Shown here: in pieces, positions 38,787-49,501 of the stretch
Layout of the letters: each line of letters starts with the position of its first letter
How positions within the stretch are numbered: position 1 is the stretch's first letter
From: Promethearchaeota archaeon
GTDB taxonomy: Archaea > Asgardarchaeota > Lokiarchaeia > Sigyniarchaeales > SOKP01
Direction: 5' to 3'
NCBI GenBank assembly: GCA_011364925.1
Contig: RDOA01000018.1
Location: forward strand, 1,012-65,011
DNA length: 64,000 nucleotides
Program-made: the position numbers and the translations under genes
The notes under the pieces: model-generated
Database searches by the model: none
Told to the model about the DNA's origin: nothing
Seen by the model: only the letters and a program-made list of their open reading frames with translations

Positions 38787-39242
38787 ATGCTTGAAACTGA
38801 AAGATATGACCCTCGATTAGATAGAGATGTATTAAAAGAGCTGTTTGAAGATTTTATTCAGAACAAGTCCTACTTCACTTCCACTTGGCAAGAGTTTGAA
38901 AAAGTGCTAAATAAAAGAATTTTAGATCTTCAATATCGAAATTCAATGATTGTTGCGAAGGAAGATGGAGTAATTGTTGGGTGGGGAACTTACACTTTAT
39001 TTGAAGATTATTTAGGTAATAAAAGAGCTCTAATACACCAAATTATGACTAAAAGAGAAGATTCTTATAGAAAGGGAATTGAAGAATTATTAATTCGAGA
39101 ATTGCAAGTATATATCAAAAGGTCTCTTGGTTTAGATAAAGTGTTCATATTATGCCAAGATTCTGACAGTGCTTTAAGAAACTTAGTTATGAAACTCGGT
39201 GCCAAAAAATCTAAAGAATATTGGTATGAATCTAACATATAG
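38787..39242 (+). CDS. GNAT-fold protein
   Basis: IVAKEDGVIVGWG, YRKGIEELLI, KLG. Confidence 0.7.
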   Translation: MLETERYDPRLDRDVLKELFEDFIQNKSYFTSTWQEFEKVLNKRILDLQYRNSMIVAKEDGVIVGWGTYTLFEDYLGNKRALIHQIMTKREDSYRKGIEELLIRELQVYIKRSLGLDKVFILCQDSDSALRNLVMKLGAKKSKEYWYESNI

Positions 39243-39251
39243 TGAAACCTC

Positions 39252-39998
39252 TTGATGGATAAAGGAAAACTTATTGAAGATGCAAAAACACTATTGAAAA
39301 ACGAAAATCATCAAAAAGCAATAGATATTTTGGAAGATTTATATAAGAAACTCCCCGATCCTGATATAAAAAAATTCCTTATTGACGTTTTGTTTGCGTA
39401 TGGGAGTTATTTGAACGATGATTATGTTTTAGAGTTCGAAAAATCAATAAAGTATTTTACGAGAATATTAGAAATCGACCCAAAGAATTATAAAGCGTAC
39501 TATAATCTCGGAATCGCATATTTTAATTTGAAAAAGTTTGACACAGCTCTAGATAATTATAAAATCGCGTTATCAATTAATCCGAATTTTAAATATTGCT
39601 ATTACAACATTGGTCTTGTTTATGAAGCAACTGAAAACTTTCGGGAGGCTGCGGAAGCGTATGAAAAAGCTTTGGAGATTGATCCAGAGTTTATATATGC
39701 AATACACTCACTTAAAGCCGTAAAGTTGATGTTAAAGAACTCTAAATTAATTAAAAATCAAACTCAAAATAAAAGCGACTTACTTAATAAATTGATTTCA
39801 CTCCTTCGGGTCACGAGACGAATTAACCTTGAACTGTTACAGGAACTTCTAAACATAAATAAGGATACTCTTTTAAAAATCATTGTTAATTGGGGAAATA
39901 AAAATTACTGTGAACTCGATGGGGATTACTTAATTATTAATGTAAAGAACCGAAATCAGTTTATTGAAGATTTAAATAATGGAAATATTGGAATTTAA
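39252..39998 (+). CDS. TPR protein with C-terminal wHTH/PCI-like domain
   Basis: AYYNLGIAY, CYYNIGLVY, KALEIDP repeats; C-terminal RINLELLQELLNI...DGDYLII. Confidence 0.85.
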   Translation: MMDKGKLIEDAKTLLKNENHQKAIDILEDLYKKLPDPDIKKFLIDVLFAYGSYLNDDYVLEFEKSIKYFTRILEIDPKNYKAYYNLGIAYFNLKKFDTALDNYKIALSINPNFKYCYYNIGLVYEATENFREAAEAYEKALEIDPEFIYAIHSLKAVKLMLKNSKLIKNQTQNKSDLLNKLISLLRVTRRINLELLQELLNINKDTLLKIIVNWGNKNYCELDGDYLIINVKNRNQFIEDLNNGNIGI

Positions 39999-40089
39999 TT
40001 TCATAAAACCTATAATCTTTATAAAACTAATTTTCAAATAAATAAATAAAAAAATAAGAAAAAAATTGTAAAAATAATTTAAAGATTAT

Positions 40090-40296
40090 TTATCTCTCAA
40101 TCTGGAAATTTACTTGTACACGAACTCGGTAAATGAGTTTGTCCTGATCTTCTTTTACTTTCACATCAGATTCAACAATTTGGATGTTTCTGATACCACG
40201 AAGTGATTTTTTAGCTTCTTCATAAGCGTTTTTAACCGCATCAGCCCAATTTTTATCGCTTGTGGCAACTAACTGAATACTTTTATATACAGTAAT
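40090..40296 (-). CDS. Dodecin (flavin-binding protein), absent from the ORF track; ATT start
   Basis: Hand translation: (M)TVYKSIQLVATSDKNWADAVKNAYEEAKKSLRGIRNIQIVESDVKVKEDQDKLIYRVRVQVNFQIER; GAAGGTGA 6 nt before ATT. Confidence 0.88.
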   Translation of the reverse strand: MTVYKSIQLVATSDKNWADAVKNAYEEAKKSLRGIRNIQIVESDVKVKEDQDKLIYRVRVQVNFQIER

Positions 40297-40456
40297 TTTA
40301 TTTCACCTTCTGAAATTTATTGTTACTAAAATCATTATTGAATTTTTAGTAAGACTAATTGTAATTGTTTGATATTTAAACATTTCTGATATATTTTCTG
40401 AAGTTAAGAAATATGAGAGAAAAAAAAAGGGATTAAAAAATAACTAAAAAAATAGC

Positions 40457-41734
40457 CTATGCATCGATATTTTCGATTAAAGTAGCAATACCTTGACCGC
40501 CACCGACACAGGCGTTAGCTATTCCATATTTTGCTTTCTTGTCCTTTAAAATACGGGCTAATGTGCCGGGGAGTCTTATCATAGTAGCACCAAGTGGATG
40601 CCCAATTGCTGTCGAGCCGCCCATCACATTTACTTTTTCTTCGGGAATGTTAAAGTGGTTCATACAGTTTAAAGCCACAATCGTGAACGCTTCATTAATT
40701 TCCCAGTAATCTATGTCATCAGCAGTCAATCCAGCGTGCTTTAGTGCCATTTCAGTCGCTGGTACAGGACCACGACCCATCACACTAGGATCGACACCAG
40801 CCCAACCAAGCGAAACTATTCTTGCCATGGGCTCCAATCCTCGCTTTTTCGCCTCTTCAGCTTCCATCATAAGACAAGTTGTAGCACCTGCATTCAAGGG
40901 AGAGGAATTACCTGCTGTGATAACTCCTTCCGTAGTTCCTTCTCGTTCTTTATAACCTGTTCGACCTCCATTTTTCTCCAAATAGAACGGTTTTGATAAT
41001 CTTCGCAATCCAGCAACGCTTTCAAGAGAAGACTTTCTAGCAGCCATATCCTTATCAATCATCATTGGTGCTTCGATATTCCCTTCTTCATGCCCCTCAA
41101 TAGGGATGATTTCACCGTCAAACCAGCCAGCTTCTTGGTTGTCAACAGTCAAGTTGTGAGCTCTCACTCCAAATTTGTCCAAATCTTCCTTGGTGAATGT
41201 TGGGATTTCTTCCTCGTATAATTTTTGAGCCGTTTGCAACATATTGATAGTAGTCATAATGTCATACTGCGGTCGATACCATTCGCTTTTCTTATTAATC
41301 ATTTTTAAATTTGGATTAATATGCGTATTTTGCATATCAACGCGTGTCATATGTTCAACTCCACCCGCTAAACAGATTTTACTATAGCCTGTCATTATTT
41401 CCATGATTCCAACATGCATCCCAGCCCCAGCAGATCCACATTGTTTGTCAACGAACATTGCTGACACATTCACTGGAAATTCTGCTAGAAAAAGTGGAAG
41501 TCTACCGCCATAAGTCCAGTTTTCATAGACACCCATAGCAGTACCAACTGTAAATTCATCAACATCCTTTTTCTCAACACCCTTATCAGCTAATTTTTGG
41601 TCAAAAAACTTGTTCAATAATGTCGCTAATAGTTCATCGCTTCTGATTTCCCCAAAAACATCTCGTTCTGGTTGTTTTGGTCGGGATCTAGAAAAAGCTG
41701 TTCGTGCGTAATCAACTAACCAAACTTCTTTCAT
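40457..41734 (-). CDS. Acetyl-CoA C-acyltransferase (thiolase)
   Basis: KQCGSA, NEAF, GHPLGA, CVGGGQG. Confidence 0.95.
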   Translation of the reverse strand: MKEVWLVDYARTAFSRSRPKQPERDVFGEIRSDELLATLLNKFFDQKLADKGVEKKDVDEFTVGTAMGVYENWTYGGRLPLFLAEFPVNVSAMFVDKQCGSAGAGMHVGIMEIMTGYSKICLAGGVEHMTRVDMQNTHINPNLKMINKKSEWYRPQYDIMTTINMLQTAQKLYEEEIPTFTKEDLDKFGVRAHNLTVDNQEAGWFDGEIIPIEGHEEGNIEAPMMIDKDMAARKSSLESVAGLRRLSKPFYLEKNGGRTGYKEREGTTEGVITAGNSSPLNAGATTCLMMEAEEAKKRGLEPMARIVSLGWAGVDPSVMGRGPVPATEMALKHAGLTADDIDYWEINEAFTIVALNCMNHFNIPEEKVNVMGGSTAIGHPLGATMIRLPGTLARILKDKKAKYGIANACVGGGQGIATLIENIDA

Positions 41735-41944
41735 TTTTATGTATACCTCTTATTTGTATTATGTTAAAAACATAGTTTTCAATAAAGTTTTAATAATAAG
41801 TTATGAAAGTTCAAAAATATAATAAAGTTTTTGAAAACAAGCTTGTAGGACTTAAATTAGTTAAAAAATCGATTTGATAAATAGATTGACAATTATTAAG
41901 ATTTTATTAGCATCCTTTTTATTTTTGAAACATTTAGAATAACT

Positions 41945-42343
41945 ATGACTGAGACGATAGTATCAATTATTGCGGGATCTGAATCCGATAAAGAAGTTTA
42001 CGAAAAAACAGAGGAAGTTCTTAAGGAATATAAAATCCCGTATGAACTTAAAATTATATCAGCCCACCGAGATCCAGATAAGTTGGATGAGTATTTAAAA
42101 AGTTGTAAATCCTTAGTCTATATTGCCATTGCAGGTTTATCAGCAGCCTTACCGGGTGTAATTGCATCTAAAACAGAAAAACCAGTAATAGGAGTGCCTG
42201 TGAGTGCTAAAATGGGAGGTTTAGATGCGCTCTTGTCAATTGTACAAATGCCACCTAAAGTCCCCGTGGCGTGTGTAGGAATAGATAGAGGCGAAAATGC
42301 TGCATATTTAGCCATAAGAATTCTCAATATATATAAAAAGTAG
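41945..42343 (+). CDS. purE: AIR carboxylase / N5-CAIR mutase
   Basis: [39 protein letters not shown]. Confidence 0.95.
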   Translation: MTETIVSIIAGSESDKEVYEKTEEVLKEYKIPYELKIISAHRDPDKLDEYLKSCKSLVYIAIAGLSAALPGVIASKTEKPVIGVPVSAKMGGLDALLSIVQMPPKVPVACVGIDRGENAAYLAIRILNIYKK

Positions 42344-42347
42344 GATA

Positions 42348-43064
42348 GTGGTGGTTATCATGGATAAAGATTTGATTGAACTTGGAAAGAAAAACGCAGC
42401 TATACAAGCTGTTGAAGAAAATGTTAAAAAAAACATGATCTTGGGAATTGGGAGTGGCTCAACCGTAGTTTACGCGGTAAAAAAAATAGCCGAGATTAAT
42501 CAACGCAACCCTTTAAATTTGAAATGTATTCCCACTTCTTTTCAATCCTACCAATTAATTGTCGAAAATGGCCTTACGCTGGTTTCCTTAGATCAGTATC
42601 CAGAGATAGATCTTGATATTGATGGAGCCGATGAAATTGATAATTCGTTAAACTTAATAAAGGGTGGAGGAGGGTGTCTAGTCCAGGAGAAAATTGTAGC
42701 ATCTTGCGCTAAAACACTTATCATTATTGCAGATTTTACCAAAAAGTCTGGCATCTTAGGGGAAAATTGGAAGCGAGGAATACCAATAGAGATTATTCCA
42801 ATGTCATACATTCCTGTTATGAAAAAATTGGATAAATTAGCTGGTATCCCCGTATTAAGGATGGCTCAAGCTAAAGCAGGACCAGTTGTTAGTGATAATG
42901 GTAATTTCATCATCGATGTCGATTTTGGTCAAATTAAAAACCCCGACGATCTAAATACAAAACTATTAAAAATCCCAGGTATTGTTGATACCGGTCTTTT
43001 TGTAGGGATGGCTTCGAAAGCGTATATTGGGCAAAAGGATGGGACAGTAGCAATTTTTGATTAG
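42348..43064 (+). CDS. rpiA: Ribose-5-phosphate isomerase A (true start probably the ATG at 42360)
   Basis: GIGSGST, DGADE, KGGGG, QEKIV, DNGNF. Confidence 0.96.
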   Translation: MVVIMDKDLIELGKKNAAIQAVEENVKKNMILGIGSGSTVVYAVKKIAEINQRNPLNLKCIPTSFQSYQLIVENGLTLVSLDQYPEIDLDIDGADEIDNSLNLIKGGGGCLVQEKIVASCAKTLIIIADFTKKSGILGENWKRGIPIEIIPMSYIPVMKKLDKLAGIPVLRMAQAKAGPVVSDNGNFIIDVDFGQIKNPDDLNTKLLKIPGIVDTGLFVGMASKAYIGQKDGTVAIFD

Positions 43065-43097
43065 AAACAATACACCGATTTTTTCATTTTTAAGGAT

Positions 43098-43727
43098 ATG
43101 AAGAAAGTAGCAGTCTCAATACACGCACGAGACGATTTTAAACCTGAAATTATTCATGGTTTAGAAGGACTTGATTATATACATGTTGATGTAGCAGATG
43201 GTCAATTTTCTCACATAAAAAATCTAAATCTCGACGTTTTTCGCGTCTTGAATCAATCTTACCAGACACCTATTATCGCACATTTGATGGTAGTTAATCC
43301 ACTCTATTATATCGAAGAAATTATTCCATACATCGATATTTTTACATTTCATTTTGAGATCGAACGAGATCGGAAGGAAATTATTGAAAATGTTAGACAT
43401 AAGAAAAAAAGAGTAGGTTTGGCAATAAATCCTGATACCAGTATAGATGAAATTGTACCCTATCTGAAATTAATAGATTTAGTGTTAATCATGTCGGTAT
43501 ATCCAGGGGGTTCTGGACAGAAATTCTTACCCCATTCAATTGAGAAAGTAAATAATTTAAAGATTTATAAAGATAAATTTAATTTCTTTATTGATATCGA
43601 TGGAGGAATTAATATTGATAACGCAAAAAAATTAGATGTAGACATCTTGAGTAGTACAAGTACAATATTAAATGCAACTGACCCTAATAGCGTTATTTCT
43701 CTTTTAAAGCATTCTGATGAGCAATAG
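43098..43727 (+). CDS. rpe: Ribulose-phosphate 3-epimerase
   Basis: [34 protein letters not shown]. Confidence 0.93.
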   Translation: MKKVAVSIHARDDFKPEIIHGLEGLDYIHVDVADGQFSHIKNLNLDVFRVLNQSYQTPIIAHLMVVNPLYYIEEIIPYIDIFTFHFEIERDRKEIIENVRHKKKRVGLAINPDTSIDEIVPYLKLIDLVLIMSVYPGGSGQKFLPHSIEKVNNLKIYKDKFNFFIDIDGGINIDNAKKLDVDILSSTSTILNATDPNSVISLLKHSDEQ

Positions 43728-45353
43728 CTAAATCTCAAAATACTTTTGTTTGAATTGTTTACGTAAATCTTCAGGATCCTCTCCGTTCTCAAGTATGAAA
43801 CTTTCGTATTTTTTATAAACTTTTAGCATATCCTCATATAATTTTACATACTCTTCCTTAGGTTCAACAACAATACTAGTTTGTTTATTTAAATAATGGC
43901 TTACTAGTTCACTCCATTCGATGATTTTTCCAATAGAGTCATAATAGGATTTTGAACTTCGAAGAGCAGCTCCCAACGCTGCAGAATTACTGGACTCAAA
44001 TTGTCTAACTTTTGCATTGAAGATATTTGCTGCAATTTGTAATATTTCTAAATTATTTGAACCTCCTCCTGTAGCGTAGATTTCTTTCAGTTCCTCTTGT
44101 ATCCATTCAGAATGTAGTTTCATTGATAAAAATTGGGCTTCTATTACAGCTCTTACATTTCCTTCACGATCATCTTCAGAAAATCCAAATCGATATACTT
44201 TAGGTTTTAGTACAAGTGGAACTATTTCTGGGTAAAAGTAAGGTAGCATGAACTTTCCATGATTTCCAGGTGGTGTTTCATTTAATATTTTTGAAAAATC
44301 TTCCCATGTTAGTTCAAATTCGTTTTTTATTCTCTCTCTTGCCAAAGATCCATTTTTGTAGCAAATTAGTCCCATATAATCTCCTGTAGGAGCTCCAAAG
44401 ACATGGCCTTCGCCTTTCAGGTCTATATTCAATTGCTTTAGATAAACAAAATAGGTGTCACTTGTTCCTAAGCTAATTGCTGCTTTACCCTTAGTTGTAA
44501 GCCCTAAACCAATCAAACTGTTAGGATTATCCCCGGACCACGGAATGAGGAGCGTGTCGGATGCAAAATTATATTTTTTTACAAAGTATGGAGATATCGT
44601 ACCAAGTATTTCGTAGGAACTTACCAGGGGAGGTAATTTTTCTAACAAGTTTGGAGCTGTAGCGTCCAAAGCCTTAAAATCCCATTGTTTGGTTCTAATG
44701 TTCATCAAATTCATTCCTGCTCCCTCACAATGATCTATTGGTGAATTCTTGCCCAGTAAAATGGAGGATAAAAAAGAACTCACTAAATGAATTGTTGCTG
44801 TATTGGAATAGTCCTCGTAATTTTGTTTAAAGAATTTCCTAATTTGAGGGCCAGAAAACCTTTCAAATGTATTTGAACCAGTTAACTTAATTGTTGCCTC
44901 CATTCCTCCTAATTTCTGACGTATTTCATTGCATTCACTACTGGTGCTCGAGTCCATCCAGACTGGGCTTGTTTCTCTGGTGAACACATTTGCTAATTGA
45001 CTCGCTAAAGACTTATCTATATTTAAGTTTTTTAAAATTGGTTCAAATGATTTGTTTAAATATACTGTTCCGTGTTGTTGTCCAGATCCAGAAATCGCTT
45101 TTATCTCATCTAAAGGCAGATTATTTTTAGCTAATCGATTAAATAGTAAATCTAATGCTTCTATCCACATAAGAGGATTAGAATGAACTACTTTTCCATC
45201 TTGACCTAAATAAACTCCATAATGAGTCTTGTAGTGAGGTAAATCTCTATCAAAATTGATACTGTAAGAGAATGTTGTCTTTCTACCTTTAAAATCCACA
45301 ATAATACCTGTTAGACCTTGTGTGGAGCAGTCAAGTCCAAGAAAGTAATCCAT
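43728..45353 (-). CDS. xylB: FGGY-family sugar kinase, xylulokinase
   Basis: LGLDCSTQ, SGQQHG, WMDSST, ERFSGPQIRK, GDNPNS, SLGTSDT, TGGGS. Confidence 0.88.
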   Translation of the reverse strand: MDYFLGLDCSTQGLTGIIVDFKGRKTTFSYSINFDRDLPHYKTHYGVYLGQDGKVVHSNPLMWIEALDLLFNRLAKNNLPLDEIKAISGSGQQHGTVYLNKSFEPILKNLNIDKSLASQLANVFTRETSPVWMDSSTSSECNEIRQKLGGMEATIKLTGSNTFERFSGPQIRKFFKQNYEDYSNTATIHLVSSFLSSILLGKNSPIDHCEGAGMNLMNIRTKQWDFKALDATAPNLLEKLPPLVSSYEILGTISPYFVKKYNFASDTLLIPWSGDNPNSLIGLGLTTKGKAAISLGTSDTYFVYLKQLNIDLKGEGHVFGAPTGDYMGLICYKNGSLARERIKNEFELTWEDFSKILNETPPGNHGKFMLPYFYPEIVPLVLKPKVYRFGFSEDDREGNVRAVIEAQFLSMKLHSEWIQEELKEIYATGGGSNNLEILQIAANIFNAKVRQFESSNSAALGAALRSSKSYYDSIGKIIEWSELVSHYLNKQTSIVVEPKEEYVKLYEDMLKVYKKYESFILENGEDPEDLRKQFKQKYFEI

Positions 45354-45428
45354 ATTCTTCTATCGAGCATACCATTTAATGAAGTTTTTCTTTCTAATTT
45401 TGCTTGAAAAATGGGAAAAAAAAAAGTT

Positions 45429-48400
45429 TTATTCTTGAAATTTTAATGATTTACCGCAACTAGGACAGAAATTTCGTTTGGCTGTCAATTGATACCCGCA
45501 ATAGGGACAATACTGAAACGTTCTTTGTGTGTAATCCTCTGGTTCTTGACCAGAATCTTCTCCATGAGAATAGTCATAATATCCTTGAGAAGGTGTTGTT
45601 AAACGAGATTTCCTTTTTCTTCTAACTAACAGAGCGACAAGGATAATTATTCCTACAACAACTACAATCCCGATAATTGCTAATACCAAGATTAAATCTA
45701 GTTGTAAAGAGGCTTGAATTAAGAAGGCAATAATAAAATCTTCTGACGCGCCTTCGCTATCAAAAGCAGTGATCCATATTATTGATAAATAACCATCTTG
45801 CTGTGTAGTATCGAATTGCGATGCAGTTGAGATCGCTTTAGCCCCTGTAAGAGAAGAGAAAGTCATTGTATATGGTATTGTAAACCGTCCATTATGGGTA
45901 TCCGAGCTTGGTTCGTAGGTTAATTCGGAATGAATGAAAGTCCTTGGGATTATAGGTGAGATGTAGTTATTTTCAGTAACTGAGACAATAAATAAATTCA
46001 CAGAGACTTTCATTTTAGAACTGTCTTGATCCTCGTAACTAACTGAATCCGTCAGATTTATTTCAAAATCTAGCTGACGTCCTTGCGAGACGCTATAAAC
46101 ATTTACGCTATCATTTGTGTATGATTCATCAAAATAGATCTTCTGTGAAGATTCTATTATTGTAAAGCTAGAAGTTTGTTCAATGAACTCGGGTGGATTA
46201 TTGTTGATATTTGAGAGTAATCTAGGCGAATATGGATCGTAGTAATTAAATGTTGGATTATAAGCTAGAATGTAGAATGGTACAAAGCCGGATGGATCTG
46301 TAAATGTTGGAGTAAAGCTAGTGGAATAATTAAAAAGCGAGTTTGATAATACAAAGGTTTTATTAATCGTACCCTTCTCATTGTAATAAGAAAAGGGTAC
46401 TATCGCCATGTAAGACACAACATCGTAATTTGTACCATCAAAAATAGTGGACATGTATAGCGGATCAGAACCAGAACGTTCTATGCCAGTGGTGAAAAAT
46501 GTGCTTGTAAATTGGGGTACGCGAGTAGAATCGTAGTAAAGAATTTTAGAGCTTTTCTCGTAATTTTTACCGCCATATGTTATGTTTACTCTTATTATGT
46601 AAGGTTTATCACTTGGAGTTGGCAGAGAAAAAGTTGTGTTTGTGGAGATTCCATCTGATGTCGAAATCATATCAATTGTTTGAAAGTATCCATCGTTTTC
46701 TACTGAGACATTTAAATAAGTATTAAGATAAGCTGAGTCAATTGCTAAATCTCCAACTTGATCTTTAATTGAAGTTGTAATATTAAATTGAGGGGACGAT
46801 GTCCTTTCAAACGGTAAAGATATGTCAATTGAGACATTTTCTGCACCCAAGAAATATTGCATTAGATTTCTTGTTAATTGTTGGTGATCTTGATGGTAAG
46901 ACGACGAATCGTATAATTCTGATGCCCAATATAAATCGCCAAAAGCTACGAAACGACCTCCTCCGTTAGTTCGATTGTCAAATGCCGCAGCGACTGTTTT
47001 TCCATCTAAAGCAGCAATAGTTTCCGCAGATCCAGAAGTGGTTAAAGTACTTCCATATCTCCAAATAAATTTGTTGACATCCTGAAATAATTGCGAATTA
47101 TAAAAATCTGTTACGGGCTGAGAACTCACTGTTGCTCCAAGACCAATCCAAGTTTCGTCAGCAATATTTTCCTCGTTAATTTGTATTCCTAAATTAAGAT
47201 GTGAAAAAAGTGCGTTAAGGTTATCTACGCACAAATCTTGGTATCTCGTTCCCAGAAATAAAATGTTACCACCAGCATTGAAATAAGTTTTCAAATTTTT
47301 AAATTCAAAAGGATTAAATGGTAGAATAGGATCTTGTAATACCACCAGATCGTATTGGGCTAAGAGTTCCTCGGTTAAGATAGAATTACCCGTAGTTCTA
47401 TTGTAATTTGGAGTCCAGAGTTCCGATAAATAATCAATCGAGATATTTAAGTTAACAATATCTCTCATCAAATTACTAAAATCCATTTGATAGAATGAAA
47501 TGCCTGAGAACCAATCGTTCAGTCCATGGTAGGATTCCATTAAGATTTTATGCTCCGGTAATCGTACATCAATTGTTGCTGTAATTGTATCATATAACCT
47601 AACTCCGGAAGTAATGTTTATTTCAAAAATTCTTGTTCCTGGAATTGCGTCTGGATTTATTTCTACATTTAAAGTTACGGTATCTGTATAGACGATTTGA
47701 GATTTGTCTGTGAATAATTTTATACCATCTACATGACTGGGCAAATTGATGTCTAAAGTTACATTCTCGCCGGAGATAACCGTTAAGTTAAAAAATTGTT
47801 GATCTCCTGGAAAATTTAGAAAATCATAAGGCTTTACCGGTAAGATGTTTGGAGTAATTTTAGCTATATCGTTAACATCAGAATATGTTAGATTGACATA
47901 ATCTAAATACATGAGAGAGGCAGTAACATTGATTAAACCATATCCGGATTTTAAATATTCGTTGTCATCAGGATTATTAAGGTTTTGAGCTCCTTCTAAC
48001 AAGGCAATTCTCGCAGTTTCAGGAGTAATAGAAGGATATGCTTGTTTTAGGATTGCTAAAGCTCCAGAAACCATTGGGCATGCCATACTTGTACCACTGA
48101 GAGGTATGTAATCACCATCACCGGGGTAGTCGAAATAATCTCCAATGTACCGATACTCGTCAGAAATTGCCGATTTTGATGCTTCCGTTGAGATAATATT
48201 TACGCCGGGAGCAACAACATCAGGGTAACTTAGATAGGATAGCGATGGTCCCCAACTACTAAAAGAAGCCAAATCATTATTGCTATCTGTAGCACCTACA
48301 GAAATAACATCGAGACCAGAAGCGGGAGATCCGCCTGAAATATAACCTGGTCCTGAATTTCCTGCAGAAGCCACGCATATGACGCCTAAATCGGTGGCAG

Positions 48401-49373
48401 CGGAAAGGGCTTGTATAATCGGATCACTTGCAACTGGATTGTCATCACCAAAACTCATCGACAGAATGTCTGCACCTACAGTATTAACGCTCCAATCAAT
48501 AGCACTAATAATATCACCTTCCTCTAATCCAGAGAGATCTCCTGATTTAGCGTTTATCAGAGAAACTCCAGGTGCTACACCTCTATATTTTCCACCCGAT
48601 GCGCTTCCATTCCCTCCAATTATACCGGCAACGTGAGTTCCATGACCGTAATAATCAAAAACATCAAAAGCCGATTCGCCTGTTACAAAACTTTGGCTAG
48701 CAACAATGTTTAGATCGGGATGTTCGTATATTCCTGTATCAATAACAGCAACTTTAACTCCTGTACCGTCGTAAGGTAAATTTTCGTCTCCTATTGCTGG
48801 TATCCACCAATTAGGGTAGCTATTAGCGCTCAAGGCACTAGATTTTGGAATTTGTCCAGGAAAAAAAGGAGATTCGTAAGTAGATGATTCATAAACCTTT
48901 TTTAAAGAAAATTGATCCGCCAAAACTCCCTTTTTAGCTAATAATTCTTTAGGATCACACTTCAGATAAACACCAGGAATAATGTCATAATTATCTATTA
49001 TTTCATAGCTGGTCAAAGTGGAAGATATAATTTTAATTCGCTCTAATTTGGAAGTATCGTCGTCAAAAAGCATGATGATTTTAATCTTACTATCAGTATC
49101 AAATTGGTAAGATTTAAGGCTAGTAACTAAATGGTCATCAAAGAGATTATCTTGTGTAGGTAATAGTGAAGCCGAGTTAAAAATTTCGTTATTTCTACGA
49201 TCTGAAGAAATAAACGACAAATCGTTGGCTTTTAACTTAATATTACTATTCTCAGAGGAGTTCACGTTTAGAATCATGCTTGTTCCGAGAAATGGGCTAA
49301 TGATAGAGGTAAGCGTTAATATACCAATTAATATAAATTTAGTTTTGCTTCTAAGATTTTTCATAGTCTTCAA
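45429..49373 (-). CDS. Membrane-anchored S8 subtilase with prodomain, GATase-like domain, C-terminal TM and zinc ribbon
   Basis: Signal-like N-terminus; VAVIDTG, GHGTHVAG, AGNSG, SGTSMA; C-terminal TM then CPYCG...CPSCG. Confidence 0.92.
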   Translation of the reverse strand: MKTMKNLRSKTKFILIGILTLTSIISPFLGTSMILNVNSSENSNIKLKANDLSFISSDRRNNEIFNSASLLPTQDNLFDDHLVTSLKSYQFDTDSKIKIIMLFDDDTSKLERIKIISSTLTSYEIIDNYDIIPGVYLKCDPKELLAKKGVLADQFSLKKVYESSTYESPFFPGQIPKSSALSANSYPNWWIPAIGDENLPYDGTGVKVAVIDTGIYEHPDLNIVASQSFVTGESAFDVFDYYGHGTHVAGIIGGNGSASGGKYRGVAPGVSLINAKSGDLSGLEEGDIISAIDWSVNTVGADILSMSFGDDNPVASDPIIQALSAATDLGVICVASAGNSGPGYISGGSPASGLDVISVGATDSNNDLASFSSWGPSLSYLSYPDVVAPGVNIISTEASKSAISDEYRYIGDYFDYPGDGDYIPLSGTSMACPMVSGALAILKQAYPSITPETARIALLEGAQNLNNPDDNEYLKSGYGLINVTASLMYLDYVNLTYSDVNDIAKITPNILPVKPYDFLNFPGDQQFFNLTVISGENVTLDINLPSHVDGIKLFTDKSQIVYTDTVTLNVEINPDAIPGTRIFEINITSGVRLYDTITATIDVRLPEHKILMESYHGLNDWFSGISFYQMDFSNLMRDIVNLNISIDYLSELWTPNYNRTTGNSILTEELLAQYDLVVLQDPILPFNPFEFKNLKTYFNAGGNILFLGTRYQDLCVDNLNALFSHLNLGIQINEENIADETWIGLGATVSSQPVTDFYNSQLFQDVNKFIWRYGSTLTTSGSAETIAALDGKTVAAAFDNRTNGGGRFVAFGDLYWASELYDSSSYHQDHQQLTRNLMQYFLGAENVSIDISLPFERTSSPQFNITTSIKDQVGDLAIDSAYLNTYLNVSVENDGYFQTIDMISTSDGISTNTTFSLPTPSDKPYIIRVNITYGGKNYEKSSKILYYDSTRVPQFTSTFFTTGIERSGSDPLYMSTIFDGTNYDVVSYMAIVPFSYYNEKGTINKTFVLSNSLFNYSTSFTPTFTDPSGFVPFYILAYNPTFNYYDPYSPRLLSNINNNPPEFIEQTSSFTIIESSQKIYFDESYTNDSVNVYSVSQGRQLDFEINLTDSVSYEDQDSSKMKVSVNLFIVSVTENNYISPIIPRTFIHSELTYEPSSDTHNGRFTIPYTMTFSSLTGAKAISTASQFDTTQQDGYLSIIWITAFDSEGASEDFIIAFLIQASLQLDLILVLAIIGIVVVVGIIILVALLVRRKRKSRLTTPSQGYYDYSHGEDSGQEPEDYTQRTFQYCPYCGYQLTAKRNFCPSCGKSLKFQE

Positions 49374-49501
49374 AAAATTAATTAGCTATTTAATTCTTAC
49401 TTTAATAGTTAAAAAACCATAATTTTTTTTAAAAACACATTATTATTTAAATCTACAGCTAACGATCTTTGATATGGCTTGAAATTGCATTTTATAAAAA
49501 A

